From: Antedon mediterranea
Taxonomy: Eukaryota; Animalia; Echinodermata
NCBI RefSeq assembly: GCF_964355755.1
Contig: NC_092677.1
Coordinates: 17,940,101 to 18,004,100, forward strand
Length of the DNA stretch: 64,000 nucleotides
Direction: 5' to 3'
The notes under the pieces are model-generated. The model was not told the origin of the DNA, ran no database searches, and saw only the letters and a list, made by a program, of their open reading frames with translations. The position numbers were made by a program, and so were the translations under genes. Numbering within the stretch: position 1 is the first letter of the stretch; each line of letters begins with the position of its first letter. Shown one piece after another: positions 52,748 to 64,000 of the stretch.

Positions 52748-53160
52748 GACACAAAATTGTTATCGAATCAAAAAAATCCCAGATATCTCCCAATTTAACT
52801 TTATTGTTGATATCAAACGCTTTGGATTTATCAATCACACTTCTGTTCTGTTAGACAAGTTTACAGCACAAATGGTGTTCAACAAACTGAACTGGAAGCT
52901 TCATTTAGCTTAAATTTCCAATAATATCTCCCAAACCATTGATGTACTAAATAAACTGAAATCTACATCATCACTTCCTTGTACACTACACTCATCTTGC
53001 CTCGCCTCTTCTATTGTAACACTGTCTTTTAGAGGAATAAATTCCTTGAAACTAGCCTTACTGTTATAAATTTGATAATAATAATATTTAATATATAAAC
53101 TTTTATTTTTTAAATTAAATAATGAATCTAAAATATATAGTATAAAATATATAAATAGCA

Positions 53161-53283
53161 ACAAAATGTTTTTCTCTCTTTTGTGAACTTTTATTCACAT
53201 TGATATCATCATAGTCATATCATCACTATATCATCTTCATTTTATTTCCATTATTATCACATTTTTGTTTCTATCATTACGAT
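53161..53283 (-). mobile_element. Second L1/Tx1-like 3' end remnant
   Basis: acaaaatgttttt..ctcttttgtg..acttttattcacatt closely parallels the 3' terminus at 49683-49750. Confidence 0.5.
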
Positions 53284-53443
53284 TTTATCAACTTCATCAG
53301 TGTAGTCCTATAACATTTATCAACTTCATCAGTGTAGTCCTATAACATTTATCAACTTCATCAGTGTAGTCCTATAACATTTATCAACTTCATCAGTGTA
53401 GTCCTATAACATTTATCAACTTCATCAGTGTAGTCCTATAACA
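53284..53443. repeat. Perfect 32-bp minisatellite, 5 copies
   Basis: (TTTATCAACTTCATCAGTGTAGTCCTATAACA)5. Confidence 0.95.
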
Positions 53444-53462
53444 TTTTAAATTTTTAAATTAT

Positions 53463-53850
53463 AACCCTGGGAAATACTTCCGAAAGAGGAACTTGTCACA
53501 AAATGAGAGTCAATTTAAAAAAAAAACCCAGTTTGTGTTTTGTATGTAACATTAGGGTTGAGAAAGAGGATGGGTGCAAAGAGGAACAACAAAATACATT
53601 TTTTAGCCATTTAGAAACGAAAAAATAATTGTTTTAATGTTTTACAAATAATATACCATTATAAACAGTAAACATTGCGATTTTAAATACTTTGCTGAAA
53701 CTGTCACTTTCATAGTCGATTGAAATAGTACAGTACATGTAACAATACAACTATGACGTTTTCTTTTTTTGTAATTACAGTATTAATTAATAGAAACGCT
53801 GAGAAGCAACTGTCAGTAATACATTTTATTTGTATATGTTTATATATAAT
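53463..53850 (+). repeat. Dispersed repeat of about 380 bp; second copy at about 60183-60520
   Basis: Shared blocks accctg.gaa.tacttccgaa.gag.aacttgtcacaaaatgag, gtatgtaacattagg, gaggatgggt.caaagaggaacaa. Confidence 0.8.
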
Positions 53851-55239
53851 GTAAAACAGTTTGTGAAAAACACCTCTATTCGGGGCAATATCGTAAATTC
53901 GCTGTAATCGTCAATAAATAATTATCTAACTCAACTTAATTAGTAGACCTAATGGTTTTCAATGGGTTCTTAGAGCCAATTCATACTTAAGTTGGTTCCT
54001 ACCCACCAAAGTTGTTCTGCGTTAGGGCATGTGATCTTTCGTACTGTTGGCATATCCTAATTTTTGTTTATCTTAGATCCAGTTCATACGGTACGTAATT
54101 TACACGGGTTACGTTGGTTCCTACCCACCAAATTTTGCGGTAACTGTGCTCATGAAAGCAACTAACTATGCCTAAACAGGCCCTTAGAGAGTTATGTGAT
54201 ACCGCGGTTTTGATAAAAGCAATGTAGTAAAACAGTTTGTGAAAATCAAACATCAATTTTAATCGTCAATAAATACTTATCTAACTCAACTTAATTAGTA
54301 GGCCCAATGGTTTTCAATTGCTTGTACAATTTGATACGGAAAGTATGAACCCACTTTCTAAAGCATTGAGAAAAAGGTTACGCGCGATTTACCTAAATGT
54401 CCTTAATACGAATACTGTACGAATAAAACTAAATACGTCCTATAAAAACCTACGTCCTTAGTAAATGTATATTATACGCGCTTGTAATTGCTCAGATGGC
54501 TTCCGAATATAGGAGCTTTGGCGTTAATAACTGGAAATTATAAAAATGAATACAGTCAAACACGATGCAATTTGTAGCCAAATATAATTGCAACCATGGA
54601 AATTTTAAATTGAAAAATATACTTTAGACTTAAATTGTCTGTATTGCATGGTATCAAATTATAAAATTCGTATCAAACATGGATTGTTTTCTTACAACAA
54701 CGCTTGCAATATTATATAATTATAATATATATTTGTTGTACACTACTGTAAATCTACTGGTATTAGCATTTTCAGTGTTACATATAATTATATATTTTAA
54801 CTGTCTGATCAATTGAAATAAGAAGTAGCGGGCTTTACAACGCTACTCATGGCATTAAGAGGAAGAGTGGTGGTGTGGGTGGTGGTTGAACTGCAATAAT
54901 AAAGTTGATTGTACAGCCACCTCTACAGTCACAGATTGACAAAATGAGATCGAATGTCTGTTATGAGTGTACTTGCCTTTGTGTTATTATTTGGAACGTT
55001 CCATCAAAATAGTATTTTCTTTAAAATCGGTCTTCAACGTTATAATGCTGTACTCGAGCTTCAACCGGTTTTCAACTATTAAAAGCAATTATTGTAGGAG
55101 GAGATTCGAAGCATCCTCGTATTATCATTAGACAGTGTATACCACGATCGGAAAACAACCCTATTTAGGGCAAATCGTTGAACCTAACTTCGTTTTAATT
55201 GTCAGTAACTAATTATCTAACTTAATTAGTAAACAGGGT

Positions 55240-55365
55240 TAAACCAGATGGTTAAAATCAGTACCGAATGTATATGAACCAACTTTATATACCATCGAGT
55301 AAACATTCTAGAAGTAATGCGCGATTTACCGAATTTTGCCCTTACGTAAATTTATATATAGATTA
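55240..55365 (+). repeat. Dispersed repeat; inverted copy at about 63868-64000
   Basis: cagatggttaaaatc..taccga...accatcgagtaaacattctagaa...cgcgatttaccgaattttgcccttac matches the reverse complement of the window end. Confidence 0.85.
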
Positions 55366-55483
55366 TAGACAATCCAAAATTTAACTTTTTTAAACATCGA
55401 ACATAAAATCTTTACTAATAGAATCAAATTAATTAATTATTGTCCTTTCAATGTCATTAAATTCTGTATAATAAAAAAATTGT

Positions 55484-55680
55484 CTACTAAACGAATGTTT
55501 TCGCCGGCGAAACGTTTTTTGGTCTGAACTTACTGTTGATTTATTTAATAACTACTTTTAGTCTATTGCTTAACACATGTTCAAGAATGTTGTAGTCAGT
55601 GTTTAGAAGGGTTTGAAAAAAGGATAGGCCTAGTTCTTGAGAATTAAAACGTTCATTTAAAGCATCGAAGAAATTAAATA
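55484..55680 (-). mobile_element. Older degenerate fragment of the same L1/Tx1 family (RT region)
   Basis: Aligns to 52085-52350 (gaatgttttc.cc.gcgaaacg, tttggtctgaacttact, ttcttgagaatt) with deletions. Confidence 0.8.
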
Positions 55681-57654
55681 ATTGTCTTGGCGATCCAATT
55701 TTTGGTCAAATTGAATAAATATTATGAGAAATTAAAATGGCGTTTAAAAAAACATTTGTATAAAAGACAACGAACACAATATAAATGTCTCTTTCAGTAG
55801 ACTTTAGTCGTTAGGTTGTAGTTCAGCCTGAAAATAAAAAAATGCAAAAAATGTAAATATTTATATCTCAAAAATGAAAACCTGAAGAAAACACCGTAAT
55901 AAACGTAAAATTAAAGTAATATAACCTATACATTTATTAGTCATCTGGTTTTTTTTTCTTCATATTTTGATAGATTCCTTCCTATTTTTTTTATAAAATT
56001 TGTGTACACAAGAATAGGTATTAATTTACACAATCGCCCACTCATTATTTATCAAAATAATCGTTTATTATTGGAATGTTATATGACCAATATATTGTAT
56101 TTGCCTGCCTTTAAAACTGTTACAAACATCGTAATAAACATATCGCACATATTGCGGTTAGATTTTTTTTTGGCGATGGAAATGTTAATAGTAACGACGA
56201 TCTCATCAATATAGATTATTAAAAAAAAAACACTCATTTAAAAAATACATGCTTCATTTATCCTTAATTTAAAGTTAATCTTTCAGTCTTATCTCGGTAC
56301 ATCTATATATATCCTGTCTATAACACTGGCTCTACATATTATTATCACGGCTAAAGGTTTTACTGTCAGCGATTGGTTAAAAGAGCACCACAATATTCTT
56401 TAACTTTGGGTGCGTTAAGAGAAAATTGTAAAAATAGTTTTTAAGTTGAACGTGGTACTAATGGTACCTAACTCTGCACTCAGGGCAAAACAAAAACACT
56501 GCCGTTCATAGTATATATGTCCTCCTTTGGACATTGGAAGACTAGGCCCATAGTTTTTACCACTTTACTCTCAAAGCAAAACAATATTTATATATTATCT
56601 AGGACAGCTCTCAAGGATTCTGACGTATATATATACCTGCGATCTATTTCCAAATTACAAAACAACAGCTTTTTTTAACCGATAAGATTATTTAATTCAC
56701 GAATCCCTACTAAAATAAAAGGGATCTTATGTCCTTTAATATACTTAAATATTGAAACTACTTAATTAAGCAAAACTTAAATTAAGACGTACGTTGTCAC
56801 TATTTTTCCAAAAGTAATTAACGTTCTATATAAAGCAAAACTTCTATTTTTAGAAAGACTTGTTAATTTTAGATATGCATCTGAAAGTCATCGACTAAAA
56901 ATAAGTGATCCATAAAGAATATCAATTTAAGTTGATGATATAATAGTCTGTAGGCATCGTGACAATGACGTCAATCATTAATACTAGAACATAACAAAGA
57001 AAGATGTGGATATAAGACAAACACAATGTGATCTACTGTGTGAATCTTATTCACTAACGTCAGAATTTAATAATATTACATAATGCCTTCAATAATAGCG
57101 TGTTGTAATAATTAAATAGTATTTAACTATGTATAACTGTGGAATGGTAAACGAAAACAAATTAAACTCGAAACTTTGTCTTCCAAAATAACCAACCTTA
57201 ACAACATAGTAGAGAACTGCTTATGATGCGTCCTAATATGAATTGCCTATTATTATTTATTCATTTTATATTGACAAACTGAAATTAACATGGCGCAAAA
57301 TAGTACAGTAGGCCTACAACAAGTAGGCCGATATAAAAAACCTTGATAATATTTTCACTAACTTCAACTTTGACAAAACTGAAGGTTCAATTAATAATAG
57401 TAAAAAATAAAGCATAATAATATTTAGATATCCTAGCCAAATTTGGTTACCTTAATACGAATAAAACTTTAATATGTACGCTCTTGCAATTGCCAATATG
57501 CTCTCGAATACAGGAACTATGGTGAAAATAACTAGAAAGTGTCAATATGTACACAGAGCGAATGAATACTAACATGATGTAATTATGTAGCCAAATACAA
57601 TTGTCACCATGATAATTTTAAAATGAAAAATAAACTTTGACTTGAATTTTGCTT

Positions 57655-58710
57655 ATTGCAAAGTGCGGCAGGCAGTTATTACAAAGTGCGGCAGGCAGTT
57701 ATTACAAAGTGCGGCAGGCAGTTATTATAAAGTGCGGCAGACAGTTATTACAAAGTGTGGCAGGCAGTTATTACAAAGTGCGGCAGGCAGTTATTACAAA
57801 GTGCGGCAGGCAGTTATTATAAAGTGCGGCAGACAGTTATTACAAAGTGTGGCAGGCAGATATGCGACAGGCAGTTATACTATGGAGTACGGCAGCAGTT
57901 ATAACAGTGCGACAGGCAACTATTACAAGTGCGAGAGCAGTTATTAGGCCTACAAATTGTGACCGCAGTTATTCCAATGTGAAACAGGTAGTTATTACGA
58001 CAGCAGTTATATTACAATGTACGACAGTAATTATATTACAAAGTATGGCAGCAGTTATATTACAAAGTATGACAGCAGTTATAATTAAAAGGTACGACAG
58101 CAGTTATATTACAAAGTATGACAGCAGTTATATTACAAAGTATGACAGCAGTTATAATTAAAAGGTACGACAGCAGTTATATTACAAAGTATGACAGCAG
58201 TTATATTACAAAGTATAACAGCAATTATATTACAAAGTACGACAGCAGTTATATTAAAAAGTACGACAGCAGTTATATTAAAAGGTACGACAGCAGTTAT
58301 ATTACAAAGTATGACAGCAGTTATATTAAAAGGTACGACAGCAGTTATATTACAAAGTATGACAGCAGTTATATTACAAAGTACGACAGCAGTTATATTA
58401 CAAAGTACGACAGCAGTTATATTAAAGGGTACGACAGTAGTTATATTACAAAGTATGACAGCAGTTATATTACAAAGTACGACAGCAGTTATATTTCAAA
58501 GTATGACAGCAGTTATATTACAAAGTTATAATTACAATGTACGACATCAGTTAGGCCTATATTACTACATATTGTAGCAGTTATATTACAAAGTTCGACA
58601 TGAGTATATATTACAAGGTACGACAGCAGTTATATTACAAAGTACGACAGCAGTTGTGTTACAAGGTACGACAGCAGTTATATTACAAAGTACTGTATGA
58701 CAACAGTTAT
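57655..58710. repeat. Compound minisatellite: 23-bp unit grading into a related 24-bp unit
   Basis: ACAAAGTGCGGCAGGCAGTTATT (about 57655-57860), then TACAAAGTACGACAGCAGTTATAT (about 58020-58700). Confidence 0.95.
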
Positions 58711-60532
58711 ATCTATATATAAATTATGGTTAATTCTGACATAGGCGAACACAATGGAAAAATTTTGGGAGAAATCTCTGCCTTGGATACCTACCTGATC
58801 TAACTTAGGTATATCGTGAAATGTAAATTTGATAACATTAGTTTTCACTATTACGGTATTGTTCCATATTTCTATCTTAGGAAGATATTATAAAGGGTTT
58901 TATAATAAAATTGTAGGTATATTTTCAATTGAATTTAAACTGTACGCGGGTCGAAGTAATTTCCGGGTTCACGATAAGTTCACATGTTCACCTTGCAACT
59001 TCCTGGTTTCAACTAAGTTGGCCGTTAGTGGCTATAGCCAATTTAGTTTTTGGTTTATTTTCGGATCGAACCGCGCGTGTGAAGGTACGGTAGTTAAAAA
59101 ATAAAATTATACTGCAAATTAATAAAGAGCAAATTAAATATACGCCATAAAGCATCGGAATATATTGTGGGGAATAGTATTATAAAATTACAGGGAGATC
59201 TGATGATAAGACATTTTGTTTAAAATCGAGTGAAATCCCGATAGCCGAGTTTTATTGAGTAAGCTGGCAGGAATAACTGTTCCGTAAGGACCGGGTGTCT
59301 GCCCATGATGCAAGCCGTCTAAAACGTTTTAGAATAATCACTCCCAAACACCCCCCACCCCCCGCAACAAAAACTATCTAATAAACGCCCATCCATATTT
59401 ATACACACAATGTTGTATTATATTTATAATGATACTATTTGTAGTAGAATTCATCGCACTGTTATCTAAAATTTACCAAGCATTTGTTATTCTTTTTTAC
59501 CACTTTTCATATATCTATTAGAGGATTTTATTTGATTATAAATGTTACCATATTGTTAAAACTAACAAATTAAACATATCCCTTGAATAAGCATCTCCCT
59601 CAAATGAACTCCGCCTCCTCACATCAGCCCTTTAAGGTTCCTACCAAACAATACACACTAGGCCTACTTTAAAATGTTATTAATCATCTAAGACACTGTG
59701 AAACAGAGTAGGTTTAGTTTTACGAATGTCAAGCATTTTCAATAATGGTAACCGACAGAAAACGTACATGGATAACGTTTACCCGAGTCATTATCATTCC
59801 GATAACCATCGTCTACACTTCCTAGAGCTGTATCTTTACATTTGCTTCTCTCCACCCAGGTGTAAAAAATGGATACCAGTTAGATAATCGAGAGCTTATT
59901 TATATTATTTAATAATGAACTATTATTATTATTATATTAGTTATGAATTTCAAACAATTGAACTCTGAAATTAAAACACTGCTCTCTACTTACTGACAAG
60001 AGGGCGATATACAAACAAGTACAAATAGAATATCATCTAGGTCGCGCCCACACATAGTTCTCGAATACACAGTAATTTCAGCGTAAACAAATTTCAAATG
60101 TACGTACCGCAGGAATATAATACATTGTCGTTCAAATACGAATAAATAGACACGATGATTTATGTAGTCAAATAACATTAGCACCCTGAGAATTACTTCC
60201 GAAGGAGAAACTTGTCACAAAATGAGTCCATATTTTTGATTTGGACTCATTTAAACAAACCAACGTTGTGTTTAGTATGTAACATTAGGAATAAGGAATA
60301 GGGAAGAGGATGGGTACAAAGAGGAACAATTTTTAAATACATTTTTTATCCACTCAGTAACGAAATATTTTGTTCATTTTTTATAGGCCTATAAATAATA
60401 TACCACTAAATACAGTAAAACATTTGCGACTTAATACTTGGACGTTTGTATTTTGTGTAATTATTAATACAAACGTTGAGAACAACTGCCAGTAATAGTG
60501 TTTACTTGTACATTATGTGTTTATTTATCTAA

Positions 60533-61070
60533 CTCTCTCTCTCTTCTCTCTCTTTCTTGGAATGATCCAAGAAAACATTTATTATAGCCTATATGGCATT
60601 TAACCCAAATAATGTAACAATTATATAAATAACATTAGAGTGCGTTTAAGAATTCTGTTCTACTTTTAAATGAAAAAAATAAATATTTTCCAAGCTTAGT
60701 AGTGAGATCAGTATTAATAGTGGACATAAGATAAATATATTTTAATTTAGATGGGTTATTTGTATAAAATGAAAAAATATATTTAGTTCTAATATCTGAA
60801 TAAAAGGGACAAACTGATGTGAAGTGACATTCAGCTTCAATCGATTGTAAAGAACATAATTTGCATAATCTTTCATTTCTATTAATATGATTCCATCTTC
60901 TTTTTTTTTCAATTTCTAGTTCTAATATTCCTAGTCTTAGTTTAGTCATAATTTTTCTATGTTTGTAATTTGTTATTTTAATTAAGTATTCTTCAATAAT
61001 TCCAAAATAATATTTAATGCGTGTTTAATATTGGAGCTTAGAGTGTAATTTAATATCTTTAAATAATTGT
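60533..61070 (-). mobile_element. RTE-X-like LINE 3' fragment
   Basis: KLRLG...LEIE..R....RNERLCKLC...IE.E.HF..VCPFY..IR C-terminal motif; AATAAA and (GA)n tail. Confidence 0.75.
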
Positions 61071-61094
61071 TTGTCTTTCAATATCGGTGAGCCT

Positions 61095-61720
61095 TTGTTT
61101 AAAAATAAAGGAATGTATATTGTGGACCTGTTGAGCATGTCATATGTTACCAAATCACTCTAAATGCTACTCAATGCGGATCACTCACAAAAACAAACCA
61201 ACCGATTTAGGAGGATTGACGACAGTCTCCTGGAAGAAGTAGACCATTACCCCTAACTGGGAGTTGAACTTACCTAAGCTGGAAGGGAAACATCAATCAG
61301 ATTACTATAAAAGCAAATAGAACTCTTGTGGCCTCCTTAAGCGAAATCTCAGTAACTGTGACAGGGAGACTAAAGTGGTGGTATATAAGGCACTCGCCCA
61401 TTGTTAGAGTACTGCCAGACAATATGGGATACTCACCATCAAACGAACATCGACTCTCTCAACACAATTTAAAGACGAGCAGCGAGATTTGTCTTTAATG
61501 ACTATTCCAGAGCTTCAAGTGTCACCAACATGATAAACCAACTCAACTGGGACTTGCTAAAGTCAAGAGGTACCAAAGCCCGCCTATGCACTATATTTAT
61601 AAAAAAAAAACCAACAGCTTGATTCCCAGCAACATATCACATTTACTCCAAAATCAGCCGAATGAAACCACAGTCTTCAACAAGATTAACCAGACAGTCC
61701 GCGGGCAATTTCATCTACAA
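61095..61720 (+). mobile_element. Decayed CR1-group LINE fragment
   Basis: YP.LGVEL, KANRTL, LEYCQTIWD.H, RRAARFVFNDY...SSVTNMINQLNWD..K.R..KARL, with frameshifts and stops. Confidence 0.8.
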
Positions 61721-61764
61721 AAGGAGCCAGACGAACAACAACAACTAGGCCTACTGCCTTATCA

Positions 61765-61970
61765 GCTTGCTGGCAATTCCTTATACCGTTTGAGTCAACT
61801 CCTAAATATTTAAAAGATTTAACAATGTCAATTGTGTTTCCATTGTAATTCCGTTTTTCAAATTTCTTAAGATTACTACCATTTTTAAACACTACAATAT
61901 TACTTTTGTTAACATTGACAGTGACATCCTATCTTTTACAATAAGCAGACAACTTATTTAAATAATGTTG
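61765..61970 (-). mobile_element. RTE-X-like LINE RT C-terminal fragment
   Basis: LNKLSAYC...VNVNKSNIVVFKNG...IDIVKSFKYLGV. Confidence 0.7.
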
Positions 61971-63100
61971 TCAACCAAAATAATATAAGGTCATTCCGTC
62001 TGGTGCTGTTTTCAGTGCTTTTTCTTCCAAATCTTCCAGACACCAATTTGCAACAATAGGGCTGATGGGACTGCCCATGGCAATACCGCCAATCTGTTTA
62101 TATATTTTTTCTTGGAAGCTGAAATAAGTGGTATTAATGACAAGTGATAGTAAATCTATTATATCTGAGATCAGTTCCTCAACTAGTTGTTTTGAATTGT
62201 CGACGTGGTGGCAAGAGGTGCCTACCAATGGAGAGGAGTTTCAGTTAATTTTTTACCCAAGTTATATTAGATGTTGTTTATGCAATCCATAATAGGTCGT
62301 AGTGGGACATCAGGTTTGTGGATTTTGGGTAAACAGTATAACCTTGGTGTGATTTCTTCAGTTGGGAATGTAAGTAGCTTATTCTTTATTGCTAATTTTT
62401 GTCTCACCTAGAAGCCGTTTTAATATTTTAACATACTGTGTTTTGTATCTTTTGGTAGGGTTGTGGTTTAAGGCCTGGTATACCTTATCATCATTAAGCA
62501 TCTCTTTGACTTTTTGTATGTAATCAGCATTGTTTAGAGTAACTTTTGCCCTTCTCTTGTCGGCTGGTAGGATTAATATGTCCTTGTCTTTCTTTAAGGG
62601 ATCTAAAGCAATGTGTTGATCTTCTGTAATGTTACTAGGTGGGAGTTTTACGGAGCTTATGATAGAGGCCATTTTACTTCGTAGCGCACCACGGTCGTTT
62701 GGTCCCACTAAGTACGCTGCTTTTCCACTAGCTACGATCAGGTCTTCTATAGGCTTAATCGTTGGGGTGACGGCAAAATTTAGGCCTTTCTCCAGTAACG
62801 AATTTCATGTGAATTTAAGTTTCTGTTACTGAGATTAATTACCCATTTTTGTTTTAATTAGTTACCTGTTAGATCTCCTTCTTGTGTTAGGTTGTCTTTT
62901 AGTAATTGTGTTTTTACTTTCCATGTATCCAGTTTTTTGAGTTGTTGATCCCTTGTGCGTTTGAATTCGGTTTCTTTGTAGTTGTTTTGTGATTCCGTGT
63001 TGTGCTTAGCATCCCTCTGTCGTCCACAAGCTCTTCCAAATTTTTTAATATCCTTGCTGACGTTTGTGATTCTTTCGTTTAAGAGTAGTTTTTCTGCATT
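61971..63100 (-). mobile_element. Penelope-like element (PLE) fragment, decayed
   Basis: KGLNFAVTP, LKKDKDILILPADK, PRL..LPKIHKPDVPLRPI, TYFSFQEKIYKQIGGIAMGSPISPIVAN..LEDLE are PLE RT motifs. Confidence 0.88.
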
Positions 63101-63384
63101 TAGGTAAACCTGAAAGTTCTATAGATGGCGGTATACCAAATACGATATATCATGGTAACAATTTCAAGTCACATGGACTAACTCATGATTAAGCTGAGTC
63201 GTTGACCAGCGAAAGCTAGAGTAGTAAATTTTACAAAATTTATTTGCCTTTGGATCATCAAAAAGAAAAATTATTTGAATGGAATTAATAACGATTAAAA
63301 TTTGAACCCTTTTCTAAAACCAGCTTGTTCTTGATGTAAAATGTTATTTTCTTCTCCCCAAAATTGTAATCTCTTATTGTAGGA

Positions 63385-63453
63385 AACAAGGCCATACATA
63401 TACATGGCTGCAGTCGCGTGCTCAATTTAGTATTTACCGACCAACCGACTAAA
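63385..63453 (-). mobile_element. Helentron-type element, internally deleted copy
   Basis: aacaaggccata...atggctgcagtcgcgtgctc...ttaccgaccaaccgactaaaa. Confidence 0.68.
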
Positions 63454-64000
63454 ACGACATCCTGTAAAAAGCCACCCAACAATGGACTATACCATTTCAA
63501 AAAGGGGGTGTCATATAATGAACTTGTATTTAATTGTGCGTTATTAATAGGAATGTAGCATGGGTAATCATTGTTTGGTGTTTGGAATTACAACATTTTA
63601 TTTTATAAATGTAAATTTGGAATTCTTAGGACTTACACAAGAATAATAATCAATATTTTAAATAAAACATTTATTTGTTTACTATTACTCTACATTTGGT
63701 TAAATATCACATACTCATATATACACTGAATAAGTATTGGACTTTATAACCATTTTGTCAAATTAAAAACATTACATTATTAAATTTAATAAATAAATGA
63801 AATACACTGAAGTATATCAGTTTACCAGAAATAAAGATTGTTTTATATTTGATTTCATAAAGTTTATTGAATCTAGGCCTATAGGCCTATATAAATTTAT
63901 GTAAGGGCAAAATTCGGTAAATCGCGCGTTATTTCTAGAATGTTTACTCGATGGTATATAAAGTTGGTTCGTACTTTCGGTACAGATTTTAACCATCTGA

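Noticed and set aside
50502-52913. Plus-strand ORFs at 50502, 51222, 51780 and 52500
   Set aside because: Antisense shadows of the L1/Tx1 ORF2.
52910-53164. 5' continuation of the L1 ORF2
   Set aside because: Lies outside the TSD at 52748-52761 and shows no endonuclease motifs.
53284-53443. CRISPR repeats, or tandem hammerhead ribozymes (CTGATGA on the minus strand)
   Set aside because: No spacers, and no stem II plus GAAA core within the unit.
57655-58710. CRISPR array, or repeat-protein CDS (YITKYDSS ORFs)
   Set aside because: Units are head-to-tail with no unique spacers, there are no cas genes and the context is eukaryotic; the ORFs follow from stop-free repeat units.
63100-63300. Penelope pLTR or hammerhead ribozyme upstream of the PLE
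   Set aside because: No CUGANGA...GAAA core with pairing stems was found by eye.

Overview
AT-rich eukaryotic (animal) genomic DNA, most likely a marine invertebrate deuterostome such as an echinoderm (inference from gene and TE content). It is not prokaryotic, and most ORFs in the supplied track are noise. Two complete spliced minus-strand genes can be rebuilt by hand with frame-consistent splice sites. (1) A carbonic anhydrase-related protein VIII (CA8-like) gene: 8 core exons, 4293-18098, 277 aa, with a GC-AG intron, a probable extra 54-nt in-frame exon and an unusual Cys at the zinc-ligand His94 position. (2) An RGK-family (Rad/Gem/Rem) small GTPase gene: 4 exons, 28127-42356, 268 aa, with a CRE/AP-1/CCAAT promoter cluster. 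The rest is TE-rich: a young 5'-truncated L1/Tx1 LINE with a 14-bp TSD, fragments of Rex1/Babar, L2, CR1, RTE-X and Penelope, tRNA-derived SINEs, Helentron-type (HINE) elements, MITEs and minisatellites. The most striking unexplained signal is the palindrome TAGGCCTA, found at least 23 times. Comparisons between repeat copies inside the window show it arises as a GGCCTA insertion at TA dinucleotides, consistent with a very active process that leaves DNA-transposon excision footprints.
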